Shown piece by piece: positions 17,364 to 27,969 of a stretch of 55,216 bases of DNA (position 1 is its first letter; every line of letters starts with the position of its first letter). Under the pieces are notes generated by a model. It had not been told where the DNA came from and ran no database searches. It saw only the letters and a list, made by a program, of their open reading frames with translations. This stretch comes from Nanobdellota archaeon (GTDB taxonomy: Archaea > Nanobdellota > Nanobdellia > Woesearchaeales > GW2011-AR4): contig JBBSWH010000012.1 of NCBI GenBank assembly GCA_038046385.1, forward strand, positions 1 to 55,216. Reading direction: 5' to 3'. A program made the position numbers and the translations under genes.

Positions 17364-20300
17364 ATGGCAATAATAAAAAAAGAGAGTGAAAAAAAGAAAG
17401 TTTTAGTGCTATGCCTCTATTTAATGTTAGCATTTATCGGCTTCTCTTCCGGCGCTTATTCATTTGCCGGAAAATCCTGCGGAAGCGCATCCCCCTGCAA
17501 CTGCGGAGCTAACTGCTCATCAGGCGGAAATGAGCTGTTTGGCAACTCTCAGGAGTATTGCGATTCAAATCTTGCCGAGTGCTTTAACACAGTTGATGAA
17601 TGCAGGGATGGAAACATTGATTCTTTAAATTATGTCAAGGACATAAACATAAGCTCATTGAATGCATCTGTCTTCAGAGTTGGAGACACGATAGAGATTG
17701 ATGCAACGCTTTCCTCTTCAAGCGCCAACACAGAAGGAGTTTTCTTCGTGCATTCCAACTCAAGCGCCAATTCTAGCTTAAATTGGACAGTCATATATGC
17801 AGAAACATTTTCAGAAGAAAATTCTGACTACCGCATAAAAACAAATTTTACTATTCCCAATAAAGTCGGCAGCCAGGCGATAAGAGTTATAGATATATAC
17901 TACCAGTTTGTGAACATTACATGCGGCAGGGACGCAAATGCTGATTTTCCTTCCTATTCTGACACAGATGATATCTCATTTACAGTAATGCCTGCTCTTG
18001 GCCCAAAAGTCAATTTTTCCAGCCCAACGCCTTCAAACGGATCAATCCAGACCACGGTCACTGTCATCATCAACGTAACTCATAATGACTCTCATCCTGA
18101 CAAGCTTGTGCTCAACTGGAACGGAACAAATGAGGTGTATTCCTACTCCGGCGCATACACAACAATAACAAAAACAAACCTTAGATCAGGAGATTACACA
18201 TTTAATGTAACATTAAACAGCACTTTCGGCAGCATGAACAGCACAGAGACAAGAATTGTTTCAATAAACACTCCGGTTGATATAACTATAGATGCTCCTG
18301 CCCAAAATCAGATTTTCTCAGCAAGCCTGACAGAGCTTAACATAACCGCTAAGCCAACACAATCCAACAAGACAATACAAAGGGTGTTTTACCAGCTGAA
18401 CCTCAACAGCAACCTCACTATAACCAGCGTGCTCAACCTTTCATTTGAAGTTCCGGACTCAAACGGGCTCCTGAATGAGTCTTTAATACGCTACCACAAT
18501 CTTTCGCAGTCATTTACCCCAAAAACCCTGATGGAGATAACTAACATATCAATCAAGCTGAAAATGACTGGGTTCCCTAACGCAACGCTCCAGATAAGAG
18601 CCGATAACTCAAATTCCACTTCAAACACGGTCCTTGCAAATATCTCAATAAACAATGCTTCTGTAAATCCAAATTCGTTCAATTGGGTCAACCTTACTTT
18701 TAATTCAACTGTAACCCTTCAGGCCAACACAAGATACTGGCTTTTCCTGTCGCCAAATGGAACCGACGATGACCATTATTCATGGGAAGCAAATGATGAA
18801 GACGCATATTCAAACGGAACATTCGCGCAAAATATCTCAAGAGACCTGCTTTTCAGGATATTTGACATGTACAAATACAGGGCAGTGTTCAATGCGCCTG
18901 AAGGAATCAACAACATTACGGTCTATGCAAACGATTCTGACGGAAATCTTGTAACTTCATCTACTATAAATTTTACAGTTGACACTGTGCCGCCAAGGTT
19001 CACAGGCATAAACGTGACAAGCAACACAACAGAACTAGGGAATAATATTACAATAAGCATCAACGCAAGCGACGCTTCCTCAGGCATAACAAATGTTTTG
19101 CTCGAATACAACTCAAGCGCGCATAAAAATTACACAATGTCAACAAATGGAAATGGAAAATACAACTACACTTTTTCAGTCAGGGAGCTGGGCATATTTA
19201 ACTATACAATTTACTTAAATGACTCTGCAGGAAACATAAATGCAACAGGACAGCTGAATTTTGCTTCAATCGACACAGCAGGCCCGGAGTTCTCAAACAT
19301 ACGCAATTCTCCAAACACTGCGGATTTCATCGACCCGAATGTTTCCATAAATATAACGCTGAACATAGAAGACTTTGGAGGGATGGACACAGCAGTCCTT
19401 CAGTACAAAAACAATGCGGATGCAGAATGGATAAACGCCACAATGAGCAACACTTCCAATCTTTTCTTCGGTAATTTTACCCCAAATGCAGCCGGCAACT
19501 GGACTTACAGGATACTGGCAAACGACACAAGCGCCAACCAAAACTACAGCATAAACTCAACACTAAATGTTTCTTTTGATTACACCTGGACGAGAAGCCC
19601 TGTGCAGTTTGACACGCTCACAGGAATAAAAGGAACAGTTGTTACAATAGGCAATCTTACAATAAACAACACAGCCGATTACCTTCTTGGATTCGACATA
19701 ACCTCGAGCCAGGCTTTTATCACATTCAACAGTTCTGCATCATTTACTTTGGCAGCGCATAACTACACGGTTTTGCAGGTTAACGCAACAACTCCCTTAA
19801 ACGATGCGCAATACACAATAGCATTAACAACAACAGCCCAAAATTCATCTGCATCCCCCGGCTCACAGCAGACAAACGTGACTTTCATAGCAGCTTCTGC
19901 AGGCCCGTACCTTTTTGTGGAGATTGTACAGTACAATTCATCAGTCAGGATAGATGATTTTATAGATTTGAAGGCTAAAATTACAAACATCGGAAATGAG
20001 ACTGCAGCCAATGCAGCTGCAAACTGGACAGTTCCAAGCGGATGGACCACAATCCCGTCAGAGCTTAACAAATCTTTTAGTTCAATTGCAGTAAATCAAT
20101 TTGTATACCACAACATTTCTGCAGACATAAGCTCAAGCGCTTCAACAGGCACAAAAACAATTTCAGTTTATGCAGAGGCGCCTGGCGCGACTAACAACAC
20201 AGCTTCAAAAAGCGTGACAGTAACCTCCTCAGGCTCCGTCTCGCCAGGCTCAAATTCAGACTCAGGAAGTGGAGGCGGAAGCAGCAGCGCTGCCTCGGGC

Positions 20301-21806
20301 GGAGGAGGAGGCTTGGTATTTGTTTCTACAAAAGATTACAATGTCTTTTTGGATTTGCCGGCATCAATAGAAATAATGGCCAACGGCAAGCAGACAATAG
20401 AAATAAACATTACCAATAGCCAATTGGATTTGCTGCTTGAAAACGTAAGCCTTTCTGTTGATGGCTTCCTTTTGAGCAGGATGATTATATCCCCAAAAAT
20501 AATTCCAATAATAGAATACGGGCAGACAAAAACCTTCCTTCTTTCAGTAGATGTTCCGCAGTATTACAAATACCAGAACATCTCGCTTAAAATTTCAATA
20601 AAGGCAAGATCAAAACTGCAGATCTCAGCATCATATTCTGATTTTGAAAAAACATCGGAAATAATCCTCGTAGTGCTTCAGGTGACAAAAGAATCTGCAT
20701 TGGCAGGAATAACCGGGGCTGTTACAGACATATCTGCATTGAATGAAAACGGAATATCCCTTTCATTTTTTGATGGGCTTTTGTCAGAAGCTCAGGAAGC
20801 GATGAATTCCGGCAATTATGAAAAAGCAAAGGAGCTAAGCGACAGAATAAGCCTGCTCAAAGGCAAGGCAATTCAAGTCAATAAGCTGATAAATGAAGTG
20901 CAGTCCAGAATAGAATCCTCACTTGAGAAAGGGTTTAATGTTTACGAGGCGCAGCAGTTTCTGAATCTTGCAGTAAGCTCTTTTAATGAGGGAAACTTTG
21001 ATGAAGCTGAAGAGCTTGCCAAAAAAGCGCTCCTTTCAGAGGGGCTTGCATCCAGCTTTGGCGAATCAAGCATAATAAGGATAGCCTTAGTTTTCTTGCA
21101 GGCAAACTGGCTATTTATTCTCCTGTCTGCATTACTGCTTTCAGCAGGCGGAATTGTCCTCAGAAAAAGCTTCTGGATAAAATCAATCAATGAAAGAATC
21201 AAGACACTGGACAAAGAAGAAGCCATAATCATCGGCATGATGAAAAAAGCTCAGGAAGAATACTTCAATGATAAGCTGATAGGGGAGAGAGTTTACAAAA
21301 AAGCCATGTCGCAGTACACTAAAAGATTAACACAAGTCCATAAATCGAGGATAAAACTCACTTCCCAAAAAATATCTTTGCTGAAGAAAACAAATGATTA
21401 CGAGGCGCTGCAAAAAGAGAAAGAGTCTCTTATCAATCTTATGAAAGAAGTCCAGTCAAAGTATTTTGTTTCAAAAATAATGGACAAGGATACATACGAA
21501 TCGGTAATAAAGGAGTATTCCATAAGGGAATCTGACATAGACAAGATGCTGCAGATGCACCACGGCAATGATTTCAATGAAAAAATAAGCCATTCAGGTG
21601 CAGATAAATTAGCAGGGGAAAAAGGGATTGCCGGAATCAATGCGGTTGATTTGATTAGTGATGAATCAATGGCGGCTGCATTAAAAATGTTTGAGCAGGC
21701 GATAGAAAAATTAAACGAGTCAGGGGCGAAAAGAGAAGATGTCGAAAAACACATCGAGATTTACAGCAGGCTTTCCAAAAAATACAGGGGAAAGGATAAT
21801 CAGTAA
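17364..21806 (+). CDS. Large surface glycoprotein (1480 aa): Ig-like domains, helical stalk, TM and cytoplasmic helical domain
   Basis: Signal peptide, Cys-rich N-terminus, repeated YAND.xGN Ig motifs, Ser/Gly linker, TM NWLFILLSALLLSAGGIVL and a duplicated cytoplasmic (A/V)QxxYF motif. Confidence 0.85.
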   Translation: MAIIKKESEKKKVLVLCLYLMLAFIGFSSGAYSFAGKSCGSASPCNCGANCSSGGNELFGNSQEYCDSNLAECFNTVDECRDGNIDSLNYVKDINISSLNASVFRVGDTIEIDATLSSSSANTEGVFFVHSNSSANSSLNWTVIYAETFSEENSDYRIKTNFTIPNKVGSQAIRVIDIYYQFVNITCGRDANADFPSYSDTDDISFTVMPALGPKVNFSSPTPSNGSIQTTVTVIINVTHNDSHPDKLVLNWNGTNEVYSYSGAYTTITKTNLRSGDYTFNVTLNSTFGSMNSTETRIVSINTPVDITIDAPAQNQIFSASLTELNITAKPTQSNKTIQRVFYQLNLNSNLTITSVLNLSFEVPDSNGLLNESLIRYHNLSQSFTPKTLMEITNISIKLKMTGFPNATLQIRADNSNSTSNTVLANISINNASVNPNSFNWVNLTFNSTVTLQANTRYWLFLSPNGTDDDHYSWEANDEDAYSNGTFAQNISRDLLFRIFDMYKYRAVFNAPEGINNITVYANDSDGNLVTSSTINFTVDTVPPRFTGINVTSNTTELGNNITISINASDASSGITNVLLEYNSSAHKNYTMSTNGNGKYNYTFSVRELGIFNYTIYLNDSAGNINATGQLNFASIDTAGPEFSNIRNSPNTADFIDPNVSINITLNIEDFGGMDTAVLQYKNNADAEWINATMSNTSNLFFGNFTPNAAGNWTYRILANDTSANQNYSINSTLNVSFDYTWTRSPVQFDTLTGIKGTVVTIGNLTINNTADYLLGFDITSSQAFITFNSSASFTLAAHNYTVLQVNATTPLNDAQYTIALTTTAQNSSASPGSQQTNVTFIAASAGPYLFVEIVQYNSSVRIDDFIDLKAKITNIGNETAANAAANWTVPSGWTTIPSELNKSFSSIAVNQFVYHNISADISSSASTGTKTISVYAEAPGATNNTASKSVTVTSSGSVSPGSNSDSGSGGGSSSAASGGGGGLVFVSTKDYNVFLDLPASIEIMANGKQTIEINITNSQLDLLLENVSLSVDGFLLSRMIISPKIIPIIEYGQTKTFLLSVDVPQYYKYQNISLKISIKARSKLQISASYSDFEKTSEIILVVLQVTKESALAGITGAVTDISALNENGISLSFFDGLLSEAQEAMNSGNYEKAKELSDRISLLKGKAIQVNKLINEVQSRIESSLEKGFNVYEAQQFLNLAVSSFNEGNFDEAEELAKKALLSEGLASSFGESSIIRIALVFLQANWLFILLSALLLSAGGIVLRKSFWIKSINERIKTLDKEEAIIIGMMKKAQEEYFNDKLIGERVYKKAMSQYTKRLTQVHKSRIKLTSQKISLLKKTNDYEALQKEKESLINLMKEVQSKYFVSKIMDKDTYESVIKEYSIRESDIDKMLQMHHGNDFNEKISHSGADKLAGEKGIAGINAVDLISDESMAAALKMFEQAIEKLNESGAKREDVEKHIEIYSRLSKKYRGKDNQ

Positions 21807-21832
21807 AACAAACAAAATACAAATACTTCAAA

Positions 21833-22306
21833 ATGGAAAAAGCAGACTTCAATAAAAACCTGAAAAGCTATCTTAAATCCAGAAGGAAGCAAAAATCAAT
21901 CTGGCTTTGGAAATCGGGATTGTTCGGGAAAAAGAAAGACGGAGCAGACATACCGGAGGAAGCAGTAAAAAAGCTGCTGGCATCAAAGCCAAAATATGCG
22001 GCAAAAGGTGATGATTTAGGGGATGAAGACGGAACAGGAGATGCAGCTCAACAAATCCAAATAAAAAAAGAAATCCATTTTGAAGCGCAAATTCCTCAAG
22101 ATAGCCTGCACACCGCAGAAACAATCAAGCAATCTCCTGAAGAAACAAGATTTATCGAAGAAAAAAACAGGGATGCGGCAGAATTGATGGGTGCAATAGA
22201 CTCTGTTTTGTCCATGCTTCCGAAAGAAGAAAAATCATCATTCACTGAAACAGAAGAGCTTAAAACTTTCAGAAAACATATTGAAAGCATAAGGAAAATT
22301 CAATAA
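21833..22306 (+). CDS. Hypothetical protein
   Basis: 157-aa co-oriented ORF within the operon; charged and helical. Confidence 0.65.
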   Translation: MEKADFNKNLKSYLKSRRKQKSIWLWKSGLFGKKKDGADIPEEAVKKLLASKPKYAAKGDDLGDEDGTGDAAQQIQIKKEIHFEAQIPQDSLHTAETIKQSPEETRFIEEKNRDAAELMGAIDSVLSMLPKEEKSSFTETEELKTFRKHIESIRKIQ

Positions 22307-22442
22307 AAATAAAAAAATAAACCCAATAACTAAAAACCATTAAATTAAAAACAATAAATGAAAATAATCAATAAAAATACAAAATAAAAAAGTAATAAAA
22401 ATAAAAAACAATGAAAACAAAAATAAAATCAACACAAATAAA

Positions 22443-23819
22443 ATGAACAAAAATAAAATAAAACCAAAAATATTGTGGATGCTGCCTTTATTTGCCTTTT
22501 TGCTGATTGTTTTTGGAAACAATGTGTTTGCAGCCACGGAACAGGACGCTTCTCTCTCAATCAACAAGGCAGAGAACAAAATCAGCTACTTAAATACAAT
22601 AGGGATAAGCACTGCAAGGCTGTCGGATCTTTTGAACGACGCAAAAATATCTTTTGAAGCCAAAAATTATCAGGAAGTTGCCGATACAGGCGCGCAGATA
22701 GAATCGCTTGCCGCATTTTCCGTGAAGCTTAGGGCAGATATTGCAGCATTGTCCGGCATGATCGATTCCGGCAAAAGTGCAGGGCTGGACACAAGCAGCG
22801 CGGAGCTGAGCATCGGGGCCGCAAAATCCGAGTTTTCTGCTGAAAACTATGAGCTTGCGTCATATCACTTTAAACAGGCTGAATCATCAGCCAATGAAAT
22901 ATTTTCCTCGCAGCTCATTTTATCAGCTGCAGAGCTGAACAAGTCAGGTGTTTTATTGTCAGAAGCTGGCATAACCCTCGATGTCGTCGCTGAAAAACAA
23001 GACGCTGCTGAAAAAATGATTGCATCAGGAGAATTTTCCGGAGCTATGCCGCTTATCACTGAAACCAATCTTCTTGCAAATTTAACAAGAGCTCTTGCAG
23101 AAGCATCAAAATCCTCTTCAGAGCTTTCTGAAGCAGGAATAAGCACGCCTGTTCTTGAGGACACCATCAAGGAAGCAGTGTTTTCATTGGAGCAGCACGA
23201 TTACACAAGGGCAATTAGCCTTCTCGCAGAGTTTGACAGCACTAAAAACAGGATGCTCGGCATTTTGGAGTATATGGATAATATTGAAAAATCAATAGCC
23301 ACTGCAGAAGCAGATGGGATAGGTGCATCATCTACAAGGAATTTGCTTGCAAAAAGCAGAGCAGAGTTTGCCTTAAACCATTTTGACGATGCAGAATCTC
23401 TTGCAAAACAGTCAGAAGAAAATCTCAAAAGCCTTGAATCTTCTTCTCTTATTTTCGGGGCTCTTGGAAGAAAACGCATTGTTTTTGATGTTTTTTCTTT
23501 CTTTAAAAGCCACTGGCTTGCGATAATCGCTGTTTTGGCGGCAATTGCAGCGGCATGGAAATACTCGCATGAGGCAATTTCGTTAAAAATTCTTGCCAAA
23601 AAGCTTGCAGCCCTAAAAAAAGAAAAAGAAACAATAATGGCCATGATTAAGCAGGCACAGGAAGACTATTTCAAGAAAAAATCAATGAATGAAAACTCAT
23701 ATAACAACCTTGTTGACAACCATCAGCAGAGGCTTATGGAAATCGAGGAAAAACTAACGATGATTGAGTCTAAGCTCAAAAAACAAAATGAAAAAAACAG
23801 CAATATTAGGAAAGCTTAA
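22443..23819 (+). CDS. Helical-repeat membrane protein, paralogous to the C-terminal part of the 1480-aa protein
   Basis: Signal peptide, repeated G(I/L)xT..A...F..xxY..A helical units, TM, and cytoplasmic KKEKETIMAMIKQAQEDYF. Confidence 0.8.
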   Translation: MNKNKIKPKILWMLPLFAFLLIVFGNNVFAATEQDASLSINKAENKISYLNTIGISTARLSDLLNDAKISFEAKNYQEVADTGAQIESLAAFSVKLRADIAALSGMIDSGKSAGLDTSSAELSIGAAKSEFSAENYELASYHFKQAESSANEIFSSQLILSAAELNKSGVLLSEAGITLDVVAEKQDAAEKMIASGEFSGAMPLITETNLLANLTRALAEASKSSSELSEAGISTPVLEDTIKEAVFSLEQHDYTRAISLLAEFDSTKNRMLGILEYMDNIEKSIATAEADGIGASSTRNLLAKSRAEFALNHFDDAESLAKQSEENLKSLESSSLIFGALGRKRIVFDVFSFFKSHWLAIIAVLAAIAAAWKYSHEAISLKILAKKLAALKKEKETIMAMIKQAQEDYFKKKSMNENSYNNLVDNHQQRLMEIEEKLTMIESKLKKQNEKNSNIRKA

Positions 23820-23852
23820 TAAGGCATTGTGCGGCAATTAAACTAAACAAAA

Positions 23853-24392
23853 ATGGACCTGCAAACTGAAATTGGAAGCAACAACATTATCCTGCTAATG
23901 GTATCTAAAGAGGGGTACAGGAAGGGAATTTTAGATGTGTCGCAATTTCTGGATAAAAATTCGTCAAAAGTGTGCTATGTATGCGTCAATGAGCCTTACG
24001 GATTTGTGTCCGGCAACCTTGCCAAGAGCGGCATTGATGTAAAAAAATTCTTTTTCATAGACACCCTTACAAGAAACGTGCAGGAGCCGCCGCATGCTGA
24101 CAACTGCATTTTTGTATCGTCGCCAAGCGCCCTGACAGAGATAAGCCTCGCATTTTCAAAAGCGCTTAACGAGATGCACTGCGACGCGTCAATCTTCGAC
24201 ACGCTTTCCACAATGCTTGTTTACGAGAAGCCGCATGCCATAATCCAGTTTGTGCACAACCTGCTGACCAAACTTAGAATTTCGTCAGGAAAGGCAATAT
24301 TTGTCACGCTTAAGGATGATGTTAACTCAGAGCTTACAAAAGATCTTTTCATGTTTGTTGACAAGGTTGTTGATATGACTTTAGTTAATTAG
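23853..24392 (+). CDS. Inactivated KaiC/RecA-like domain protein (no Walker A)
   Basis: CYVCVNEPY, FFFIDTL, IFDTLSTMLVY and FVDKVV. Confidence 0.75.
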   Translation: MDLQTEIGSNNIILLMVSKEGYRKGILDVSQFLDKNSSKVCYVCVNEPYGFVSGNLAKSGIDVKKFFFIDTLTRNVQEPPHADNCIFVSSPSALTEISLAFSKALNEMHCDASIFDTLSTMLVYEKPHAIIQFVHNLLTKLRISSGKAIFVTLKDDVNSELTKDLFMFVDKVVDMTLVN

Positions 24393-24423
24393 CTTGCCCT
24401 AATCCATAAAAAAAGAGGTAAAA

Positions 24424-27054
24424 ATGAAAATCAGCTCCAAACTGGGCATAATAATGGGTATTATAAGCATTTTTGGATTAGTGGCTGTAAATCTCCTGTT
24501 TTACGTAAATGTGAAAATCATTTTTGAGCAAAATCTTGGCAAAGAGAGTGTTGCATCCGCATATTCTATCATAGACAGCATAGACAGGGAAGTTTACAAT
24601 AGAATAGAAGATTGGCAGGTGTATTTAAAAGACCATCACTTGCAGGAATTCTTGGCAGCTTCAAACAGAGAATATGAACAGCTCGGGGATGTTCAGGAGT
24701 TCATAACCAAGAATGATCTGGAATGGATATCAGTTCCAAAAAGCAGCATTACCCCCTTCATGCAGAGCTTCATAAATAATCCGTTTTCTGAGGAATTACG
24801 TGAAAAAAGCAAATTTTATGAAAAAAAATATGGCTATAAGCTCTATGGAGAAATTTTCGTTACAAACAAATACGGCGCCAATGCCGCCCAAACAGGGAAA
24901 ACATCTGATTTCAGGCAGGATGACGAGGTGTGGTGGCAAAAGGCAACCCAGGAAGGCGTTTATATCGGCGATGTCAAGTATGACGAAAGCGCAGGCATAT
25001 ATTCAATAGAAATTGACTCCAGGGTCGAAGATAAAGATGGGAACTTTTTGGGTGTTCTTAAATCTGTTCTGAACATTCAGGAGGCAATCACCATCACCGA
25101 TAACCTGCTGGCGCAAAGCACATACAAAGACCCTGAAGTGAATCTGCTGGACCATGGAGGAAGAATAATCTATTCAAATGAGCAGTTCATTATTTTTGAT
25201 GAGTTTCCGCTGTTTGCAACATTTAATGGTTCAGACGGGTTTTTTATAAGGAATGACGTTGAAGCAGACAATCAGGATGCAGTTAAAGAAGAAATTTACA
25301 GCTACGCGCACTCTCGCGGCTATAAAAAATTTAAAGGAACCGGCTGGGTTGTCATTTTAGAGCATAATTCAAACACAGTTTTGGATTTGGCCAAAAATTT
25401 TGAAAAAATAGTTATAGCAATTTTTTTGGTGACGATGCTCATCGTGATGGCCCTTTGGATACCTCTATCACAAATTCTTACCAAACCCCTGCATGAGCTT
25501 CAAAAAGCAATTGAAGAGGTTGAAAAAGGAAACCTGACTGCAAAGCTCGAAACAAAAAGAAGTGACGAGATAGGGGAGCTGGCAGTGTCATTTAGCAGAA
25601 TGGTGAACGAGCTGAGCAAAAAACAGGAAAACATTGACAGTTACGAAAAAGGACTTCAGCTGAAAATAAAGGAAAAGACAGACGAGCTCAACGAGAAGAT
25701 AAAAGAGCTTGAAACCAACAAGTCAGCCATAATGAATATCCTGGACGATTCTGACGAGGCAAACAGGCAGCTTGTTGAGGCTCAGGAAAGCCTGAGGAAA
25801 AATATACTGGAGCTTAAGAAGCTTGACCAGCAGAAAGACCAGTTCATTTCAATAGCAGCGCACGAGCTTAAAACCCCTTTGACAAGCATCATGGGATTTT
25901 CGGATTTGCTGAAGAAAGAGTCCATTGCAGGCAATGCAGAATTAAGGACAAAATATCTTCTGACTATATTCAAGGACTCAAAAAGGCTGGCTGAGCTGAT
26001 AACCAACATACTTGACCTGTCAAGAATGGACATTGGAACATTGAAAATGGCATTGGAGCCAGTTTCCGCTTATGATCTGATGAAGGAAACAAAATGGCAG
26101 ATGGATATAATAATAAAAAATAAAGGCCTGGATTCAGAATGGCAAATCGAAGAAAACATTCCTTCTATCACAATAGACAAAAACAAGATAATACAGGTTA
26201 TATCCAATCTAATCAACAACGCAGTGCATTATACGGAAAAGGGAAAAATAACAGTACAGGCAAAAAAAGAAAATGATAATGTTTTGTTCAGCGTTTCAGA
26301 CACCGGCGCAGGAATACCGAAAGAGTCCCAGCAGAAGATATTCACAAGATTTTATCAGGTTGACAGCCCTCTCACAAGGAAGATAGGAGGGACTGGGCTT
26401 GGATTGTCGCTTTCAAAAGGCTTTGTCGAGGCCATGGGGGGGAAAATATGGTTCGAGAGCGAAGAAGGCAAAGGAACAGCTTTTTACTTCACTATCCCGC
26501 TTTACGGAGTGCAGGCAAAGAAAGAAGTCGATATAATGCAGGAAATAAAGAAAAAAGGATTTGCTCCAATTGATGATGCAACGAAAAAAAAGATAGTGGA
26601 GGAATATCTTGCCGAACACGAAGAAAAGCAGCAGAACAGCGCAGAAAGCCGAAAAATAGGGAAGGAACCGGAAATTTCATCACCCCAAACCAAGGAAGGC
26701 CAAGACATCAAAGAACCGAAAAAAAATAAAAAAATTGATATCAAATATTTGGAGAAAAAAGGCTACATCTTCAAGCTCCCCGGATTAGGAGGAAAAGATT
26801 TCCCTGCTGCAGACATAAAATCCAAGGAAATTATAGAAATCACAATAAAAAACCTTAAGGATGTGCTTGGTGTTGGGGTATACAAAAAGCTGGAATCGCC
26901 CAGCCTTAAGATAATGCCGGACGGAAAAGTTGAGATATCCGGCAACGAAATAGAAATACTGGATTCGCTTGCCTACATGAGCGAAAAATTCCTTGGTTCT
27001 GTAGCAACAGGGGCTCTAAAGAAAGAGATACATAGAATTTCAGGCAGCAAATAA
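24424..27054 (+). CDS. Membrane sensor histidine kinase: TM-dCache-TM-HAMP-HisKA-HATPase plus a C-terminal extension
   Basis: Cache motifs (EIFVTNKYG, WWQKA, YIGDVKYDES), HAMP (KPLHEL..DEIGELA.SF), H-box AAHELKTPLT, N-box NLINNAVHY, G-boxes DTGAGI and GGTGLGL. Confidence 0.92.
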   Translation: MKISSKLGIIMGIISIFGLVAVNLLFYVNVKIIFEQNLGKESVASAYSIIDSIDREVYNRIEDWQVYLKDHHLQEFLAASNREYEQLGDVQEFITKNDLEWISVPKSSITPFMQSFINNPFSEELREKSKFYEKKYGYKLYGEIFVTNKYGANAAQTGKTSDFRQDDEVWWQKATQEGVYIGDVKYDESAGIYSIEIDSRVEDKDGNFLGVLKSVLNIQEAITITDNLLAQSTYKDPEVNLLDHGGRIIYSNEQFIIFDEFPLFATFNGSDGFFIRNDVEADNQDAVKEEIYSYAHSRGYKKFKGTGWVVILEHNSNTVLDLAKNFEKIVIAIFLVTMLIVMALWIPLSQILTKPLHELQKAIEEVEKGNLTAKLETKRSDEIGELAVSFSRMVNELSKKQENIDSYEKGLQLKIKEKTDELNEKIKELETNKSAIMNILDDSDEANRQLVEAQESLRKNILELKKLDQQKDQFISIAAHELKTPLTSIMGFSDLLKKESIAGNAELRTKYLLTIFKDSKRLAELITNILDLSRMDIGTLKMALEPVSAYDLMKETKWQMDIIIKNKGLDSEWQIEENIPSITIDKNKIIQVISNLINNAVHYTEKGKITVQAKKENDNVLFSVSDTGAGIPKESQQKIFTRFYQVDSPLTRKIGGTGLGLSLSKGFVEAMGGKIWFESEEGKGTAFYFTIPLYGVQAKKEVDIMQEIKKKGFAPIDDATKKKIVEEYLAEHEEKQQNSAESRKIGKEPEISSPQTKEGQDIKEPKKNKKIDIKYLEKKGYIFKLPGLGGKDFPAADIKSKEIIEITIKNLKDVLGVGVYKKLESPSLKIMPDGKVEISGNEIEILDSLAYMSEKFLGSVATGALKKEIHRISGSK

Positions 27055-27112
27055 TGAAAATTTAAATTTATTTTTCAAAGAATTTAAATATAACAGAGCA
27101 AATGGAGTAAAA

Positions 27113-27859
27113 ATGGGTAAAACATCAAAAAGCATTGTTTTTCTGGTAGTATACTCTCTTATGGTACTTGCAATATTCTTCTTTAGGCTAGGTGGAAATT
27201 ATTACATAAAAATTGTTGATTGGTTAACTTATATTACACCATTAATATCCGTTTTCTTTGGGTATACTACCTTTAAATATTTCGGGAAAGAAAGCAAGCA
27301 GGGAAAATCTATTTTGATTCTGACCTTTGCAACCTTTTTGTTCTTTGCTGCAGAAGTGATATGGAACCTGCTCGGAAATCCTGTTGTTTCTATTGCAGAC
27401 CTGTTTTGGTTTTCAGGATTCTTTTTGATTTATGCTGCGATTATCTACTCAATTTTAATGGTTTACGGAGATTACTTCAAAAATAAAAAAAGAGTTCTCA
27501 TAATAGCCGCTATATCTATTATTGTGTCATTTTTTTACTTTAAGCTGCTGCCTTTGTCATGGAACTCAGAAATAAGCCCTATAGAGAATGTAGTTACAAC
27601 AGGCTATATATTTGCAGATCTTGTGCTCATTATTCTGCTGGTGATTATGCTTTCAATTGTCTTCTCAGGAAGCTACAGCTTATTTTGGATTGTGTTTGCC
27701 CTTGCAATTCTAATACGGGTAGTAAGCGATGTCCTTTACACGCTAAACTATGAATCCTATGAAGTGGGAAGCATGATAGATTTAGGATGGCTTTTTAATT
27801 ATATCCTCTTTGCATTAAGCTTTATTGTGCTTAAACATAAAGCTGAAGCACTGCTCTGA
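27113..27859 (+). CDS. Multi-pass (7-8 TM) membrane protein resembling membrane sensor input domains
   Basis: Alternating hydrophobic helices with intramembrane acidic motifs (AEVIW, ADLFW, YIFADL, SDVLY, DLGW). Confidence 0.75.
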   Translation: MGKTSKSIVFLVVYSLMVLAIFFFRLGGNYYIKIVDWLTYITPLISVFFGYTTFKYFGKESKQGKSILILTFATFLFFAAEVIWNLLGNPVVSIADLFWFSGFFLIYAAIIYSILMVYGDYFKNKKRVLIIAAISIIVSFFYFKLLPLSWNSEISPIENVVTTGYIFADLVLIILLVIMLSIVFSGSYSLFWIVFALAILIRVVSDVLYTLNYESYEVGSMIDLGWLFNYILFALSFIVLKHKAEALL

Positions 27860-27969
27860 GCACCAGGTTCAGCAAACAGGCAGAAATAACAATAAGAAAC
27901 AATATCAATAACACAAAAAATTCTCATTATATACAAAAGAAAATAAATTCTTAATAAGAATCCGTCTGT

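Noticed and set aside
22306-22460. A-rich tract, and its T-rich counterpart at about 8450-8600, as a CRISPR or tandem array
   Set aside because: Low-complexity sequence with no fixed repeat unit or spacers. The 22340..22579 ORF is a by-product of it.
27857-27889. TGA readthrough or recoding at the end of the multi-TM gene
   Set aside because: It would add only about 10 residues, and TGA acts as a normal stop elsewhere in the window (ATGA overlaps).
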